IMG/VR virus record: IMGVR_UViG_3300007505_000271 | Location: 1 to 5,647 of that record | Reading direction: 5' to 3' (one strand) | DNA: 5,647 nucleotides | Origin: a virus | Translations under genes and position numbers: made by a program | Shown: in pieces, positions 4,728 to 5,647 of the stretch | Layout: each line of letters starts with the position of its first letter | Position numbering within the stretch: position 1 is the stretch's first letter | Notes under the pieces: model-generated | Told to the model about the DNA's origin: nothing | Seen by the model: only the letters and a program-made list of their open reading frames with translations | The model's database searches: none

Positions 4728-4742
4728 CTGACCTAAGGTCAG
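4728..4742 (-). terminator. Short hairpin overlapping the VP3 stop codon (also at 50-64), followed by TTT on the sense strand; weak terminator candidate for the late operon
   Basis: CTGACC (4728-4733) taa GGTCAG (4737-4742). On the sense strand the VP3 TGA lies in the 5' arm, and the stem is followed by tttcgctcg. Confidence 0.3.
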
Positions 4743-5221
4743 CTTCGCTTTTCATCCTTCGGCTTCGCCTCAGGAGGATTGACGAGCTCGACCTTTGCAG
4801 GTGGAGGCTCGACAGGATCGGGGGCAGCAAGGCCCCATTCTTGGAGATCCTTTTTGTTTTTGGGATCCTGAGCAAATTCAACGAATTTGACAGGATCATT
4901 ATCGAATTTGCGACGAACAGTCGCAGAGAGAGACATGAACGCAGAAGTAGCCTCGTTAAGAGTTTCGAGGGCGGTTTGCATGTCAGGGACGTTAGAAACG
5001 TCCAGATAGCGGGGTTCACCCTTGTTGAGATTAGTAGGAGCGAGACCCGTGGCCTCGAAGCGAGCCATGAGGACGTTGATATCAGCGTCATCAGCAAATT
5101 CTTGCCGGGTCATAGAGGGATCATGGTTAGTATACGATGAAGCAATTCGCTCATCGTCAGATTGATGGACGACCATAGAGGACATGAGTTCGCCATCAGA
5201 GTTACAGCCGCGGTAGCGCAT
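4739..5221 (-). CDS. VP3: VP3 internal scaffolding protein, second representation of the same gene (61..543) due to circular wrap-around
   Basis: Identical 160-aa translation at offset 4678. Confidence 0.85.
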   Translation of the reverse strand: MRYRGCNSDGELMSSMVVHQSDDERIASSYTNHDPSMTRQEFADDADINVLMARFEATGLAPTNLNKGEPRYLDVSNVPDMQTALETLNEATSAFMSLSATVRRKFDNDPVKFVEFAQDPKNKKDLQEWGLAAPDPVEPPPAKVELVNPPEAKPKDEKRS

Positions 5222-5224
5222 GTT

Positions 5225-5647
5225 TTACCATCCTTTAAAGCGATTGTTGAAGGTATCGGACTGGTAGTGATTTTCACCAGTCAGTTTATCCTTCCAGCTA
5301 GAGCCGGAAGAATGAGTTTCCGTCTTGTACGATTTCCAAGGCGCGACGGTATCAGAGAGTTTTTTAGCAGAGTTGAGAACGGGCGAGACCGCCCGTTCAG
5401 CTTCTTGGGCAGCGGTGCCAGCTTGCCGCACGGTTTTCATAGCCGACGTCCCCATGAGGGCAGCGTCGGTCCGTGCATTGAGGGCGCGCAGTTTAGCAGG
5501 ATCAAGGTCCTGCGTTAAGATTTCACGCTCCGCAATAGACTTGACGTTTTGCGCATTTTTGAGAGCAGTATCAGCAGAGATGTTTTTGTTAGTTTCTTGC
5601 ATATTAGCAAGTTCGGCGGTTGCCCGCCGTACGGCGAGGCCCGTATT
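5225..5647 (-). CDS. VP2: VP2 pilot protein, 3' part only (second representation of 547..1275; the 5' end is cut off by the window end)
   Basis: Identical to 547-969 at offset 4678. The ORF-track entry 5225..5602 simply starts at an internal Met (MQETNKNIS...). Confidence 0.85.
   Translation of the reverse strand, partial: NTGLAVRRATAELANMQETNKNISADTALKNAQNVKSIAEREILTQDLDPAKLRALNARTDAALMGTSAMKTVRQAGTAAQEAERAVSPVLNSAKKLSDTVAPWKSYKTETHSSGSSWKDKLTGENHYQSDTFNNRFKGW

Larger units (their letters stand above)
4679..5647. repeat. Terminal redundancy, copy 2 (same as 1-969)
   Basis: See the 1-969 entry. Offset is 4678 and the ORF translations are identical. Confidence 0.95.

Overview
The window is a complete circular gokushovirus-like (Microviridae, Gokushovirinae-type) ssDNA phage genome with a unit length of 4678 nt. 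It is written out past its own end: positions 1-969 recur at 4679-5647, offset exactly 4678. All canonical genes are on the window's minus strand in the usual gokushovirus order: a small basic VP8/J-like DNA-binding protein (39 aa, missing from the ORF track, found by hand), then VP4 (HUH replication initiator), VP5, VP1 (major capsid), VP2 (pilot/minor capsid) and VP3 (internal scaffold). The genes use ATG starts, canonical Shine-Dalgarno (SD) sites and all three stop codons (TGA, TAA, TAG), so the host uses the standard genetic code and SD-led translation initiation. I saw no tRNA, CRISPR array, integrase, transposase or recognisable lysis gene. The most unusual part is the 262-nt VP5-VP1 gap. 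It holds a 58-aa ORF on the opposite (+) strand with a strong SD. This ORF converges with VP5 on a bidirectional intrinsic terminator. It diverges from VP1 across a 45-nt dyad whose two arms supply the SDs of both genes. Opposite-strand genes are not part of the canonical microvirus plan. The protein loosely fits a ribbon-helix-helix pattern by eye, so it may be a small regulator, but this is unverified. The other two intergenic regions are packed with stable hairpins and a polypurine/polypyrimidine tract. They are candidates for replication origin, priming or translational-control elements. All homology statements come from remembered family motifs, not from searches.
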